Part shown: positions 16,579-26,125 of the stretch, one piece after another
Layout of the letters: every line of letters starts with the position of its first letter
Position numbering within the stretch: position 1 is the stretch's first letter
NCBI RefSeq assembly: GCF_000284115.1
Contig: NC_017080.1
Span: forward strand, 3,630,001-3,662,000
Length of the DNA: 32,000 bases
Direction of reading: 5' to 3'
From: Phycisphaera mikurensis NBRC 102666
GTDB taxonomy: Bacteria; Planctomycetota; Phycisphaerae; Phycisphaerales; Phycisphaeraceae
Translations under genes and position numbers: made by a program
The notes under the pieces: generated by a model
What the model saw: only the letters and a program-made list of their open reading frames with translations
Database searches by the model: none
Told to the model about the DNA's origin: nothing

Positions 16579-17649
16579 ATGCCCCGCCCCGTCACCCTGT
16601 TCACCGGCCAGTGGGCCGACCTGCCGCTGGAGACGCTCGCCGCCGACGCGAAGTCCTACGGCTACGACGGCCTCGAGCTCGCCTGCTGGGGCGACCACTT
16701 CGACGTCGATCAAGCCGAGGACCCCGCCTACCTGGCCGCGAAGTGGGAGCTGCTCGGCGACCACGGGCTCACGTGCCACGCGATCTCGATGCACCTGGTG
16801 GGACAGGCCATCTGCGACCGCATCGACGAGCGGCACCGGGCCATCCTCCCGCCCGACGTCTGGGGCGACGGCGAGCCCGAGGGGGTCCGGAAGCGGGCGG
16901 CGGAGAAGATGGCGCTCTCGGCGAGGGCTTGCCGGGCCTTCATGGACGCGCGCCCGGACGGCCACTCGGCGGCGGCCGTCTCGGAGGTCCGCGACGGCGT
17001 GCCGACCCGGGGGGTCGTCAACGGCTTCACCGGCAGCAGCGTGTGGCACAGCCTCTACGCCTTCCCGCCGACGGATCAGGCCTATTGGGAGGCCGGCTTC
17101 ACCGACTTCGCCAACCGCTTCGGGCCGATCCTCGACGCTTTCGACGCCGCCGAGGTCAACTTCGCGTTGGAGGTCCACCCCACCGAGATCGCCTTCGACA
17201 CGGCCAGCGCCGCCCGCGCGGTGGAGGCCGTGAACGGCCACCGCCGCTTCGGCTTCAACTACGACCCCTCGCACCTGGGCTACCAGGCCGTCGACTACGT
17301 GAAGTTCATCCGCAGCTTCCCCGACCGCATCTTCCACGCCCACATGAAGGACGTGCAGTGGGGCGTGGGCGTCGGCGACGGCACCGTGGGCACCTTCGGC
17401 GGCCACACCACCTTCGCCGACCCGCGCCGCAGCTGGGACTTCCGCAGCGTCGGCCGCGGCCGCATCGACTTCGAGCAGGTCGTCGTCGCGCTCAACGACA
17501 TCGGCTACACCGGGCCGCTCTCGGTCGAGTGGGAAGACTCCCGCATGGACCGCGGCCACGGGGCGGCCGAGTCCGCGGCGTTCGTGAAGAAGCTGGACTT
17601 CCCACGCAGCGACATCGCGTTCGACGGGCAGTTCGAGAAGAGCGAGTGA
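16579..17649 (+). CDS. Sugar phosphate isomerase/epimerase (xylose isomerase-like TIM barrel family)
   Basis: Track ORF 16576..17649. ATG 16579 is preceded by AAGGAG (16568-16573). TIM-barrel AP-endonuclease-2/xylose-isomerase-like features are present ([38 protein letters not shown]). Confidence 0.85.
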   Translation: MPRPVTLFTGQWADLPLETLAADAKSYGYDGLELACWGDHFDVDQAEDPAYLAAKWELLGDHGLTCHAISMHLVGQAICDRIDERHRAILPPDVWGDGEPEGVRKRAAEKMALSARACRAFMDARPDGHSAAAVSEVRDGVPTRGVVNGFTGSSVWHSLYAFPPTDQAYWEAGFTDFANRFGPILDAFDAAEVNFALEVHPTEIAFDTASAARAVEAVNGHRRFGFNYDPSHLGYQAVDYVKFIRSFPDRIFHAHMKDVQWGVGVGDGTVGTFGGHTTFADPRRSWDFRSVGRGRIDFEQVVVALNDIGYTGPLSVEWEDSRMDRGHGAAESAAFVKKLDFPRSDIAFDGQFEKSE

Positions 17650-18194
17650 ACGCGGCTGCCCTGCTCGCCCAGGCCGCCGCGCCCGCCGCCGCCGCCGACA
17701 CGGACTACCTCCTCTACGCGCTGCTGCTGCTGGCGGGCGCCTTCGTGATGCTGGTGCTCGAGCTGTTCCTGCCCAGCGGCGGCTTGCTCGGCGTCGCCGG
17801 CGCGATCGCCGCCCTCGCCGCCGTCGGCTGCTTCTTCGCCGAGGACACCACGCTGGGCTTCGCCGCGTTGCTGGGCCTCGCGGTCGTCACGCCCGTGCTG
17901 CTGGGGCTGGGGCTTTGGATCTGGCCGCACACCCCCATCGGCCGCCGCCTCGTGCTCGGGGCGAGCGAGGAAGGCGGCGCGGAGGAGGGCGCCGGCGCGC
18001 TGCCGTCCACCGCCGCCTTCCGCCCCGCCGTCGGCGACGTCGGGGAGACGCTCTCGCCGTTGCGGCGGATCGGCACCGTCCGCTTCGACGGCAAGCGCGT
18101 CGAGTGCATGGCCGAGAGCGGGATGATCGACCCCGGCGTGAGCGTCCGCGTCAGCCGCGTCTCCGGCAACGAGGTCTTCGTGCGGGAGGCTTGA
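17646..18194 (+). CDS. NfeD-family membrane protein (short form, C-terminal OB-fold)
   Basis: GTG 17646 overlaps the upstream TGA (GTGA). It has 3-4 hydrophobic helices followed by [52 protein letters not shown], which matches the NfeD C-terminal pattern. Confidence 0.7.
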   Translation: MNAAALLAQAAAPAAAADTDYLLYALLLLAGAFVMLVLELFLPSGGLLGVAGAIAALAAVGCFFAEDTTLGFAALLGLAVVTPVLLGLGLWIWPHTPIGRRLVLGASEEGGAEEGAGALPSTAAFRPAVGDVGETLSPLRRIGTVRFDGKRVECMAESGMIDPGVSVRVSRVSGNEVFVREA

Positions 18195-18391
18195 ACGAAA
18201 CGGTGCCGGTGGCTCGCCCCCGGCGGCGCCCGGCGGGCACCGGGAAGCTCGGCACGCTCCGCTCCCGGAGCGGGAACGCCGTGGAGCCCGCGGGCACCAA
18301 CGGCGACGGTCCGCGGGGGAGGGCACCCCCGGCGGTACCCTCCCGCCCGCTCCGGTCAGAGCCGCCCTTTCCACCCGCGAAACCCTTCCCG

Positions 18392-19930
18392 ATGTTCGGC
18401 AACCTCTCCGACAAGTTCGAATCCGCCCTCCGCAAGGTCTCCGGCAAGGGAAAGATCAGCGAGGGCAACATCGCCGAGGCGATGGAGGACGTGCGCGAAG
18501 CGTTGCTGGAGGCGGACGTCGACTACGAGATCGCCGAGGCCTTCGTCGGCCGCGTGAGCCAGGAAGCGGTGGGCACGGAGGTGCTCGAGAGCGTCGATCC
18601 CGGGCAGCAGATCATCCAGATCGTCCACGAGGAGCTGGTCCGCCTGCTCGGCGGCGAGGAGGCGGTGAAGGACGACGACCCCACGGGCGGGCTGCAGGCC
18701 GGCGGGCCGGCGGACGCCATCCCGCGGGTGAGCCCCGGCCCCACGGTGGTGATGGTCGCGGGGCTGCAGGGCTCGGGCAAGACCACGACGTGCGGCAAGC
18801 TGGCCGCGGCGCTCAAGAAGCAGGGCCGGTCGGTGACGCTCGGCGCGGCGGACCTGCAGCGGCCCGCGGCGGTGACGCAGCTGCGGGTGCTGTCGGAGCA
18901 GGTCGGCTCCGACGCTTGCCCCGGCACCGGCGAGGTCTTCTTCCACGGGGAGCCGGACGCGTGCGCGGCCTACGGCGAGGCGGTGGGCGTCGCGGTGGAG
19001 GTGGCCAAGCGGGCGCTCGCGGCGGCGCGGGCGCACAAGGCGGATGTGCTGATCCTGGACACCGCCGGGCGGCTGCACCTCAACGACGAGCTGATGAAAG
19101 AGCTCAAGCGGGTGGAGAGAGCCGTCGGCCCCCACCAGGTGCTGCTCGTGCTCGACGCGATGACCGGCCAGGATGCGGTGAACTCGGCGGAGGCCTTCGA
19201 CAAGCAACTCGAGATCGACGGCGTCGTGCTCACCAAGTTCGATTCGGACACCCGCGGCGGGGCCGCGCTGTCGGTCCGCGAGGTCACCGGCAAGCCGATC
19301 CGCTTCGTGGGCACGGGGGAGACGCTCGACGCGCTGGAAGGCTTCCACCCGCGCCGCATCGCCGGACGCATCCTGGGCATGGGCGACGTCGTCTCGCTGG
19401 TGGAGAAAGCCCAGGCGGAGGTCTCCGAGGAGGAGGCCACCCGCCTGCAGGACAAGCTCGCGGCGGGCGAGATGACGATGGAGGACTTCCTCAAGCAGCT
19501 CAAGGCGCTGCGGCGGATGGGCTCGATGAAGAGCCTGCTGGGCATGCTGCCGGGGGTGGGATCGCAGCTGAAGAACCTGGACCTGGACGAGGGGCGGATC
19601 GACCGGACCGAGGCGATCATCAACTCGATGTCGACGACGGAGCGGCGGAAGGTGAAGATCCTCGACAACTCGCGGAGGCGCCGGATCGCCAAGGGCTGCG
19701 GGCAGGAGCCCGCCGACGTGAGCCAGCTCGTGAAGGGCTTCGAGATGGTCAGCCAGATGGGCCAGCTGATGGGCGGCGGCGGGACGGGGATGATGGGCAA
19801 GATGAAGGCGCTCTCGCAGATGGGCCCGGCGGCCCAGCGGGCGGCGCTGGCCGGCGGCGGCGGGGTGGGCAAGACGAGAGGCTCGACGAAGATGCCCTCG
19901 CCGAAGTACAAGAAGCGGAAGAAGCGCTAA
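18392..19930 (+). CDS. ffh: Signal recognition particle protein Ffh
   Basis: This is the in-frame part of track ORF 17915..19930, starting at ATG 18392 (MFGNLSDKFESALRKVSGKGKISEGNI...). It has the GTPase motifs GLQGSGKTTTCGKLA, DTAGR and TKFD, and a methionine-rich M domain. Confidence 0.95.
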   Translation: MFGNLSDKFESALRKVSGKGKISEGNIAEAMEDVREALLEADVDYEIAEAFVGRVSQEAVGTEVLESVDPGQQIIQIVHEELVRLLGGEEAVKDDDPTGGLQAGGPADAIPRVSPGPTVVMVAGLQGSGKTTTCGKLAAALKKQGRSVTLGAADLQRPAAVTQLRVLSEQVGSDACPGTGEVFFHGEPDACAAYGEAVGVAVEVAKRALAAARAHKADVLILDTAGRLHLNDELMKELKRVERAVGPHQVLLVLDAMTGQDAVNSAEAFDKQLEIDGVVLTKFDSDTRGGAALSVREVTGKPIRFVGTGETLDALEGFHPRRIAGRILGMGDVVSLVEKAQAEVSEEEATRLQDKLAAGEMTMEDFLKQLKALRRMGSMKSLLGMLPGVGSQLKNLDLDEGRIDRTEAIINSMSTTERRKVKILDNSRRRRIAKGCGQEPADVSQLVKGFEMVSQMGQLMGGGGTGMMGKMKALSQMGPAAQRAALAGGGGVGKTRGSTKMPSPKYKKRKKR

Positions 19931-20007
19931 GCGGAGCCTGAACGGGCTTTGTGCGGGGGCCGGCGAGCCGGATCGGCTGCGGCCCGCTAAGGTGCCGGGC
20001 CTGTCTC

Positions 20008-20035
20008 ATCGGGGGTCTCCCGATCTTTCTTCTCC
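20008..20035 (+). terminator. Possible intrinsic terminator after ffh
   Basis: A 6-bp stem forms between ATCGGG (20008-20013) and CCCGAT (20019-20024), followed by the pyrimidine/T-rich CTTTCTTCTCC. The stem is short and the tail is only partly T. Confidence 0.3.
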
Positions 20036-20103
20036 TCCGGCGTTCCACCCGAACCCGCGTTCCCGAACCGCTCGCCGCCGAAGCCGGCGATGCCGCCCCC
20101 GAG

Positions 20104-20385
20104 ATGCCCACCGCCACCGCCCGCGAAACGATCGCCCACCGGCTCGGGATGCACGCCCGCCCGGCGATGGGCTTCGTCGACCTCGCCAGCGGCTTCGCCA
20201 GCGCGATCCGCGTGGGACACGCGGGCTACGACGGCGGCATGGTCGACGGGAAGAGCATCATGCACCTCATGATGCTGGCGGCGACCGAGGGCACGGTCCT
20301 GGAGATCGAGGCGGACGGGGAGGACGCGCAGGACGCGGTGGAGAAGCTCTGCGCGTTCATCCGCGGCGGCTTCGGGGAGGGGTGA
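20104..20385 (+). CDS. ptsH: HPr-family phosphocarrier protein
   Basis: This is the in-frame part of track ORF 19951..20385, starting at ATG 20104 (MPTATARETIAHRLGMHARPAMGFV...). It has the active-site His context GMHARPA and the regulatory Ser context DGKSIMHLMML. Confidence 0.8.
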   Translation: MPTATARETIAHRLGMHARPAMGFVDLASGFASAIRVGHAGYDGGMVDGKSIMHLMMLAATEGTVLEIEADGEDAQDAVEKLCAFIRGGFGEG

Positions 20386-20432
20386 TGCCGGGCGGCGGAG
20401 GGGGTGCGTTGGAAACCCTCGCCGCGTTCGGC

Positions 20433-20604
20433 CGCGAAGACGAGAAGACGGGAAGACGGGAAGGCCGCGAAGGAGAGGCAGGAGGTGAGGGGGCCTTGCG
20501 GGGCCGAAGGGCCGCGGGAACGCGTTGCTCCTGCGCTCCTGCCCTTGCACCCTCCGTCTCCTGCTTTGCCTGCTTCGCGACCTTCGCGCCTTCCGCTCTT
20601 CGCG
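20433..20604. repeat. Long imperfect inverted repeat (element E2): purine-rich arm with GAAGACGx x3, pyrimidine-rich return arm
   Basis: GAAGACGA/GAAGACGG/GAAGACGG sit at 20436-20459. Three co-centred helices (centre about 20520) are CGCGAAG 20433-20439 with CTTCGCG 20598-20604, CGCGAAG 20466-20472 with CTTCGCG 20573-20579, and GCAGGAG 20478-20484 with CTCCTGC 20558-20564. Confidence 0.75.
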
Positions 20605-20732
20605 ATCGAGCGGAGCGCTGCCCGGCCGACCGACGCGGTCCATCGAAGCGCCGTCTTCCGAATCTTTAAGCTGCCGGCGTGGGGTTCTCGGACGGGCCCC
20701 GGTCGAACGGTTCCACGGAAGGACTCCGCTGC

Positions 20733-23700
20733 ATGCGCCTCGCCCGGATGACGCTCGCGGGGTTCAAGTCCTTCGCCGACAAGACGACGATCGCCTTCGA
20801 CGAGCCGGTGGTCGGCATCGTCGGGCCCAACGGCTGCGGCAAGAGCAACGTGGTCGACGGGATCAAGTGGGTGCTGGGTGATCAAAGCCCCAAAAGCCTC
20901 CGCGGCGGGGCGATGATCGACGTGATCTTCAACGGCTCCGCGAAGCGGAAGCCGGCGGGCATGGCGTCGGTGACGCTGACCTTCACGAACCCGCAGAAGA
21001 CCGGGGAACGGCCCCCGAACCCCGCGGAGATCCACCGCACGCTGCCGATCGACACCGACGAGGTGGCCGTCACGCGGGAGCTCTACCGCGACGGCACCAG
21101 CGACTACCGGCTCAACGGGAAGCGCGTGCGGCTGCGGGACGTGCGGGAGCTGTTCATGGACACCGGCGTCGGCACCGACGCGTACTCCATCATCGAGCAG
21201 GGCAAGGTGGCCCGGATGCTGGAGACCTCGGGGGCGGAGCGTCGGCAGATCTTCGAGGAGGCCGCCGGCATCTCCCGCTTCAAGGCCCGCAAGAAGGAGG
21301 CCCAGCGGAAGCTGGACCGGGCGACGGCGAATCTGACGCTGGTGTCGGCGAGGCTGGAAGAAACCGAGAAGCGGCTGCGGACGGTGAAGCTGCAGGCGGC
21401 CCGGGCCCGGAGCTTCCAGGAGGCGGACCAGCGGCTCCGGACGCTGCAGCTGGCGCACGGGCTGGCGGAGTACGGCGAGCTCTCGGCGGAGCGCGAGACC
21501 GAGCACCAGCTGCTCGAGGAGGCCGAGGCGGCGCACGCGGCGGCGGCGCGGGCGCTCGCCGAGCGGGAGGCCGCTTCGGAGGAGGCCGAGGCCGAGGCCG
21601 CCGAGGCCGAGGCGGCGCGGGCGGAGGCCCAGCGGCTGGCCTTCGAGGCGGTCAACGCGCGGGACCGGGCGCAATCGGCAGCGGTCTCGGCGAGCCGCGG
21701 GGCGGAGCAGGTACGCGAGGGGCTGGGGCGGGACACGGAGCGGCTCGCGGCGCTGCACCGCGAGCGGGAGGCGCTCGCGGCGGACGCGGCCGAGCGGGAA
21801 ACGCAGGAGCGCGAGCTGGCGGCCGCGGCGGAGGCGTTGGCGGCCGGGCTGTCCGAGGCGCAGGCGCGAGAGGCGGAGGCCCGAGCCGACGCGTCGGCGA
21901 GGCGGTCGGCGGCGGAGGCCGAACGCAGCGGGCAGAACGACCTGCTGCGGCGGGCGCAGCGCCTGGAGGATCGGCTCGCCGGGCTGGAGCGCGAGGCGCA
22001 GACGCTGGAATCGGCCCGGGCCGAGCTGGAGGGCCGCAAGGGCGAGGCGGCCTCCCGCCTCGAGGCGTTGCTGACCGAGCGAGACGCGAACGCTTCGGCC
22101 GCGGCGGAGGCGGCGGTGGTGGTGGAGCGTGAGGCGGAGGCGCTGGCGGAGGCGGAGCGTCGGGCGGACGCGCTGGACGGCGAGGCGGCGGCGCTTGCCG
22201 CACGCCTGGCGGCGAAGCGGGAGAAGCGGGCGGAGCGGGGCTCGCGCCGGGACGTGCTGCGGCAGATGGCGGCGGCGCGGGAGGGCGTCGCGGACCCGGT
22301 GAAGGCGCTGCTGCGACGCGCCTCCGGCTCCGGGTCCGGGTCCGCCGCGGCGGCGGAGCCGCGGACCGTGGAGGGAACGCCGTCGGAGCCGCCGCGGTCC
22401 GCGGACCCCGGAGGTCGTCGGAAGAAGAACAGGAAGAACCGCGGAGCCAAGCAGGCGCGGCGTGCGATGGCGCAGCGGGTGGAGCCCGCGGCCGCCGCGG
22501 TGCGGGCGGCGGAGCCCGCGCCGCCGACGCCGCGGCTCCCCGAAGGCGTCCTCGGGCTGCTCGGCGACCTGCTCGACGCGGCGGTCGCCGATGCGCCGGC
22601 CGTCGAGGCGGCGCTGGGGCACCTGCAGCAGGCCGTGGTGACCGACGGGCTGGCCCGGGCGATCGACGGGCCGGCGCCGGCCGCGGGCGCGGTCCGCTTC
22701 CTCGGGCTCGACGGGCCCGACGGCGACGCCAGCCCGCTCCCGCCGGCATTGCGGGCGCTGCCGCGCGTGCGCGACCTCGTGGCCTGCGACGCCGTGCTGC
22801 GGCCGGTGGTGGATCGCGTGCTCGGCCGGGCCCTCGTGGTGCCGTCGCTGGACGCGGCGTGGATGGTCGCGGCGGCGGCGGCGGGCTTCCCCGCGGTGCT
22901 GGTGACGCCGGCGGGCGACCGGCTCGACCCCGACGGCACGCTGGTGCGGGCGGCGGCCGGGGACGGGCACCCGTCGGCGGGCGCCGGCGGGCTCGTGCAG
23001 CGGCGGGCGGAGCTGGCCGAGCTCGACGCGGAGATCGCCGCGCTCGATGCGGCGCTGGAGGCGGACGCCGCGGCGCTCGCGGAGGCGGCCGGCGGCGTCG
23101 CCGCGCTGCGGGAGCGGGCGGTCACGCTGCGGTCGGCTCGGGCCGCGACCACGGCGAGCGTGGCGAGGCTGGAGGCGCAGGCCGCCGGCGTGGCCGAGCG
23201 GCTGGCGCGGGCGGAGCAGGAATCGCCGCGGCTCGCGGCCGAGGCCGAGAAGCTCCACGCCCGGCTCGCGGAGACCCGCGGGGACGCCACCGCGCGCCGG
23301 GCCGAAGCGGCCTCGGTCGCCGCCGACGCCGCCGCCCGCGAGGAGGCCGTGGCGCGGCTCTCGGCCGAGGCGGCGGCCGCGGGCGAGGCCGTGCGGGCCG
23401 CCGGCGAGGCGGTGACCGCGGCGCGGATCGAGGGCTCTGCGCTCGCCGAACGCCGCCAGTCCGTGGCACGCGAGGCGCGGCGGCTGGCCGAGTCCGCCGC
23501 GTTGGCCGGACGCCAGGCCGAGCAGCTTGCGACGCGGCTGGCCGAGGCCCGCCAGCGGGTGGCCACGCTGGAGGCCGAGGCCGCCGCCGCCACGGCCGAG
23601 GCCGCCGCCGCCGAGTCGGCCGTCGCCCGCCGCGAGGCCGAGCGCGACGCCGCCACCGCCGCCGCCCGCGAAGCCGCGAACCGGCGGGGCGCCGCGCGGG

Positions 23701-24788
23701 CGTCGATCGCCGACGACCGCGAGGCCGAGCGGGCCGCCGACCGCACCCGCCAGCGGCACCGCCTCACCGCCGCCGAGCTGACGACGAAGCTGACGAACCT
23801 GCGGGAGCGGCTCGGCGAGCGGCTGGAGATCGACGTGGCCGAGGCCCATCGGCAGCGGGAGCTGTTCGAGGCCGAGCAGGCCGAGGCCGCCGCGCTGGAG
23901 CGTCAACGCGAGGAAGCGGACCTGCCCCACGACCTCCACGGCGGCGTCGACTGGGGTGCCGTCGTGGCGGAGATGAAGGAGCTGCGGACCCGCATCCGCA
24001 ACCTGGGCACCGTCAACCTCGACGCCATCGGCGAGCTGGAGCAGCTGGAGGGCCGCCACGACGACCTGGCCACCCAGGTCGCCGACACCCGCGAGGCGGC
24101 CGCCGAACTCGGCGAGCTGATCGAGCGGATCAACACCGACTCCCGCGTCCGCTTCGAGCGGACCTTCGCCGAGGTGAGGGAAGCCTTCGCCGGGCAGGCC
24201 GGCATGTTCCGCCGGCTCTTCGGCGGCGGCCGCGCGGAGCTGTACCTCGAGCCGCCCGAGGGCGGCGGCGAGCCCGATCCGCTCGAGGCCGGCATCGGCG
24301 TGCGGGCGAAGCCGCCGGGCAAGGAGCCCCGCGCCCTCTCGCAGCTCTCCGGCGGCGAGAAAACGATGACGGCGATCGCGCTGTTGATGGCGATCTTCCA
24401 GAGCCGGCCGAGCCCCTACGCGATCCTCGACGAGGTGGACGCCGCGCTCGACGAGGCGAACGTCGAGCGCTTCATCGGGATCGTGCAGGGCTTCCTCGCG
24501 CACAGCCACTTCATCGTCATCACCCACCACAAGCGGACGATGCGCGGCTGCGACGCGCTCTTCGGGATCACGATGCAGGAGCGCGGCGTGAGCAAGCGCG
24601 TGAAGGTGAAGTTCGACGAGGTCGGCGAGGACGGCGCCCTCTCCGAGCAGGCCGCCGCCCGGGCCGCCGTCGCCGCCCCCGAGCCCGAGCCCGCGTCTGA
24701 GGCACCCGAGCCCACCGGCACCGAGTCGCTCCGCGAGCACCTCGCCCGGATGCGCGAGCGGGCGGTGCCGGTGCCCGTGGAGCGCTGA
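20733..24788 (+). CDS. smc: Chromosome segregation protein SMC
   Basis: This is the in-frame part of track ORF 20679..24788, starting at ATG 20733 ([49 protein letters not shown]). Long Ala/Glu/Arg coiled coils, a hinge ([10 protein letters not shown]...[10 protein letters not shown]) and the C-terminal [14 protein letters not shown] signature with Walker [11 protein letters not shown] are present. At 1351 aa it is longer than typical bacterial SMC. Confidence 0.95.
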   Translation: MRLARMTLAGFKSFADKTTIAFDEPVVGIVGPNGCGKSNVVDGIKWVLGDQSPKSLRGGAMIDVIFNGSAKRKPAGMASVTLTFTNPQKTGERPPNPAEIHRTLPIDTDEVAVTRELYRDGTSDYRLNGKRVRLRDVRELFMDTGVGTDAYSIIEQGKVARMLETSGAERRQIFEEAAGISRFKARKKEAQRKLDRATANLTLVSARLEETEKRLRTVKLQAARARSFQEADQRLRTLQLAHGLAEYGELSAERETEHQLLEEAEAAHAAAARALAEREAASEEAEAEAAEAEAARAEAQRLAFEAVNARDRAQSAAVSASRGAEQVREGLGRDTERLAALHREREALAADAAERETQERELAAAAEALAAGLSEAQAREAEARADASARRSAAEAERSGQNDLLRRAQRLEDRLAGLEREAQTLESARAELEGRKGEAASRLEALLTERDANASAAAEAAVVVEREAEALAEAERRADALDGEAAALAARLAAKREKRAERGSRRDVLRQMAAAREGVADPVKALLRRASGSGSGSAAAAEPRTVEGTPSEPPRSADPGGRRKKNRKNRGAKQARRAMAQRVEPAAAAVRAAEPAPPTPRLPEGVLGLLGDLLDAAVADAPAVEAALGHLQQAVVTDGLARAIDGPAPAAGAVRFLGLDGPDGDASPLPPALRALPRVRDLVACDAVLRPVVDRVLGRALVVPSLDAAWMVAAAAAGFPAVLVTPAGDRLDPDGTLVRAAAGDGHPSAGAGGLVQRRAELAELDAEIAALDAALEADAAALAEAAGGVAALRERAVTLRSARAATTASVARLEAQAAGVAERLARAEQESPRLAAEAEKLHARLAETRGDATARRAEAASVAADAAAREEAVARLSAEAAAAGEAVRAAGEAVTAARIEGSALAERRQSVAREARRLAESAALAGRQAEQLATRLAEARQRVATLEAEAAAATAEAAAAESAVARREAERDAATAAAREAANRRGAARASIADDREAERAADRTRQRHRLTAAELTTKLTNLRERLGERLEIDVAEAHRQRELFEAEQAEAAALERQREEADLPHDLHGGVDWGAVVAEMKELRTRIRNLGTVNLDAIGELEQLEGRHDDLATQVADTREAAAELGELIERINTDSRVRFERTFAEVREAFAGQAGMFRRLFGGGRAELYLEPPEGGGEPDPLEAGIGVRAKPPGKEPRALSQLSGGEKTMTAIALLMAIFQSRPSPYAILDEVDAALDEANVERFIGIVQGFLAHSHFIVITHHKRTMRGCDALFGITMQERGVSKRVKVKFDEVGEDGALSEQAAARAAVAAPEPEPASEAPEPTGTESLREHLARMRERAVPVPVER

Positions 24789-24896
24789 CCCGACGCGGCC
24801 CCGAGCGGCCGTCGCCGCGCCCGAGGGCCACGGGCGGTTGCACGCCCGAGGGCCCGAGGATCAAAGGGCATGGCTCCGCGGTCTGAAGCGCAGCGC

Positions 24897-24902
24897 TAGG
24901 TT
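24897..24902 (+). promoter_or_regulatory. Candidate -10 box TAGGTT, 6 nt upstream of dapF ATG 24909
   Basis: The sequence reads gcgcTAGGTTgatcccATG, with no Shine-Dalgarno sequence. Confidence 0.4.
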
Positions 24903-24908
24903 GATCCC

Positions 24909-25805
24909 ATGCTCCCCTTCGTCAAGTACCACGGCCTGGGCAACGACTACGTGTACGTGGACGGTTTCACGCACGACGTGCCCGATCCGGCGGGGCTGGC
25001 GCGGGCGGTGTCGCCGCGGAACTTCGCGATCGGGGCCGACGGGCTGATCCTCGTGCTGCCGGCGACGCCCGGGGGCGGCGCGGCCGGTGCCCACTGCCGG
25101 ATGCGGATGTTCAACGCCGACGGCAGCGAGGGGCAGATGTGCGGGAACGGCCTCCGCTGCGTCGTGAAGTTCGCTCACGACCACGCGCTCTTCGCCGGGT
25201 CCAACGCGGCGCGGCCGATGCGGGTGGAGACCGGCGCGGGCGTGCTGGCGGTCGGCTACGACCTCGACGCGGCCGGCCGGGTGGCGACCGTGACCGTCGA
25301 CATGGGCCGGCCGATCCTCGCGCCCGAGCGTGTGCCCGTGGACGTGTCGGAGCTGGAGCCCGGCGCGGGCGAGCACGCCTGGAGGATCCCGGCGACGGAC
25401 ACGACGCCGCCGCAGGAGGCCGTCCTCGTCTCGATGGGCAACCCGCACGCGGTGCTGTTCCGCGACGACCCGCTGGACGCGGCCGAGGAGCGGCGGATCG
25501 GGGCGGCGCTGGAGCATCACCGCGCCTTCCCCGAACGGATGAACCTGCACGCCGTCCACGTCCGCGGCGGCGGCGAGGTGGACGTGGTGCACTGGGAACG
25601 CGGCAGCGGGCCGACGCTGGCCTGCGGCACCGGGGCCGCGGCGGTGTGCGTCGCGGGCGTGCTCACCGGCCGCACGCCGCACCGGATCACGACGCACCTG
25701 CCCGGCGGACCGCTCGTGCTCGATTGGGCCGAGACCACCGGCCGCGTCGCGATGACCGGCCCCGCCGTCGAAGCCTTCACCGGTGTCTGGCGCGGGCCCC
25801 TCTGA
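24909..25805 (+). CDS. dapF: Diaminopimelate epimerase
   Basis: Track ORF 24909..25805. It has KYHGLGNDYVYVD, the first catalytic Cys context NADGSEGQMCGNGLRC, SMGNPHAVLF, and the second Cys context ERGSGPTLACGTGAAA. Confidence 0.95.
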   Translation: MLPFVKYHGLGNDYVYVDGFTHDVPDPAGLARAVSPRNFAIGADGLILVLPATPGGGAAGAHCRMRMFNADGSEGQMCGNGLRCVVKFAHDHALFAGSNAARPMRVETGAGVLAVGYDLDAAGRVATVTVDMGRPILAPERVPVDVSELEPGAGEHAWRIPATDTTPPQEAVLVSMGNPHAVLFRDDPLDAAEERRIGAALEHHRAFPERMNLHAVHVRGGGEVDVVHWERGSGPTLACGTGAAAVCVAGVLTGRTPHRITTHLPGGPLVLDWAETTGRVAMTGPAVEAFTGVWRGPL

Positions 25806-25819
25806 CACCGGGGCGGGCA

Positions 25820-25825
25820 TACCCT
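25820..25825 (+). promoter_or_regulatory. Candidate -10 box TACCCT, 6 nt upstream of GTG 25832
   Basis: The sequence reads gcaTACCCTgccccgGTG. Confidence 0.35.
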
Positions 25826-25831
25826 GCCCCG

Positions 25832-26119
25832 GTGATCCGCCGCACGATCCACTTCACGGGCCGGGTGCAGGGCGTCGGCTTCCGCGCGTGCACGGCCTCG
25901 ATCGCGCGCAACCACGACGTGGCGGGCACCGTCGAGAACCTGCCCGACGGCCGGGTTCGGCTGGAGGTCCAGGGCGAGCGGAGCGAGCTGGACGTCTTCC
26001 TGGACGCCATCGACCGCGAGCTGGGCCGGCACGTCCGGCACCGCGAGGTGGCGGACGCGACGCCGGAGCCGAGGCTCGGCGACCCGGCGGCGCTCAACGC
26101 CTTCCGCGTGCTGCGATGA
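25832..26119 (+). CDS. acyP: Acylphosphatase
   Basis: This is the in-frame tail of track ORF 25139..26119, starting at GTG 25832 (VIRRTIHFTGRVQGVGFRACTASIARNHDVAGTVENLPDGRVRLEVQGE...). The GRVQGVGFR and G.V.N..DG.V motifs are diagnostic. Confidence 0.85.
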   Translation: MIRRTIHFTGRVQGVGFRACTASIARNHDVAGTVENLPDGRVRLEVQGERSELDVFLDAIDRELGRHVRHREVADATPEPRLGDPAALNAFRVLR

Positions 26120-26125
26120 AGCGGC

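Noticed and set aside
16325-20461. The tandem repeat words contain type IIS restriction sites (GAGACG = BsmBI/Esp3I, GAAGAC = BbsI, GGTCTC = BsaI at 20014), which could hint at an engineered construct.
   Set aside because: - The sites are embedded in degenerate, natural-looking repeats within ordinary chromosomal context.
- There are no vector, marker or scar sequences.
- The resemblance is most simply a coincidence of a GA-rich repeat vocabulary.
20386-20732. 6S RNA or SRP (4.5S) RNA in the ptsH-smc gap, given the long imperfect hairpin and the neighbouring ffh.
   Set aside because: - I could not find the conserved SRP domain IV motif (GGAAGGAAGCAGCC-like).
- The region shares vocabulary with two other elements in the window, which argues for a repeat family rather than a single-copy housekeeping RNA.
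- I cannot exclude an ncRNA without a covariance-model scan.
20226-24740. The 1504-aa minus-strand ORF, and other long ORFs opposite or off-frame to smc (21104..23767, 21652..22749, 22859..24700).
   Set aside because: The translations are Arg/Gly/Pro/Ala low-complexity strings with no motifs. The plus-strand frame encodes a canonical SMC with Walker A, hinge, signature and Walker B motifs. This is a typical high-GC shadow ORF.
24819-24854. Direct repeat GCCCGAGGGCC x2 (24819-24829 and 24844-24854) upstream of dapF, as a possible regulator site.
   Set aside because: There are only two short GC-rich copies in very GC-rich DNA, and no supporting symmetry or recurrence elsewhere in the window. 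That is too weak to call.
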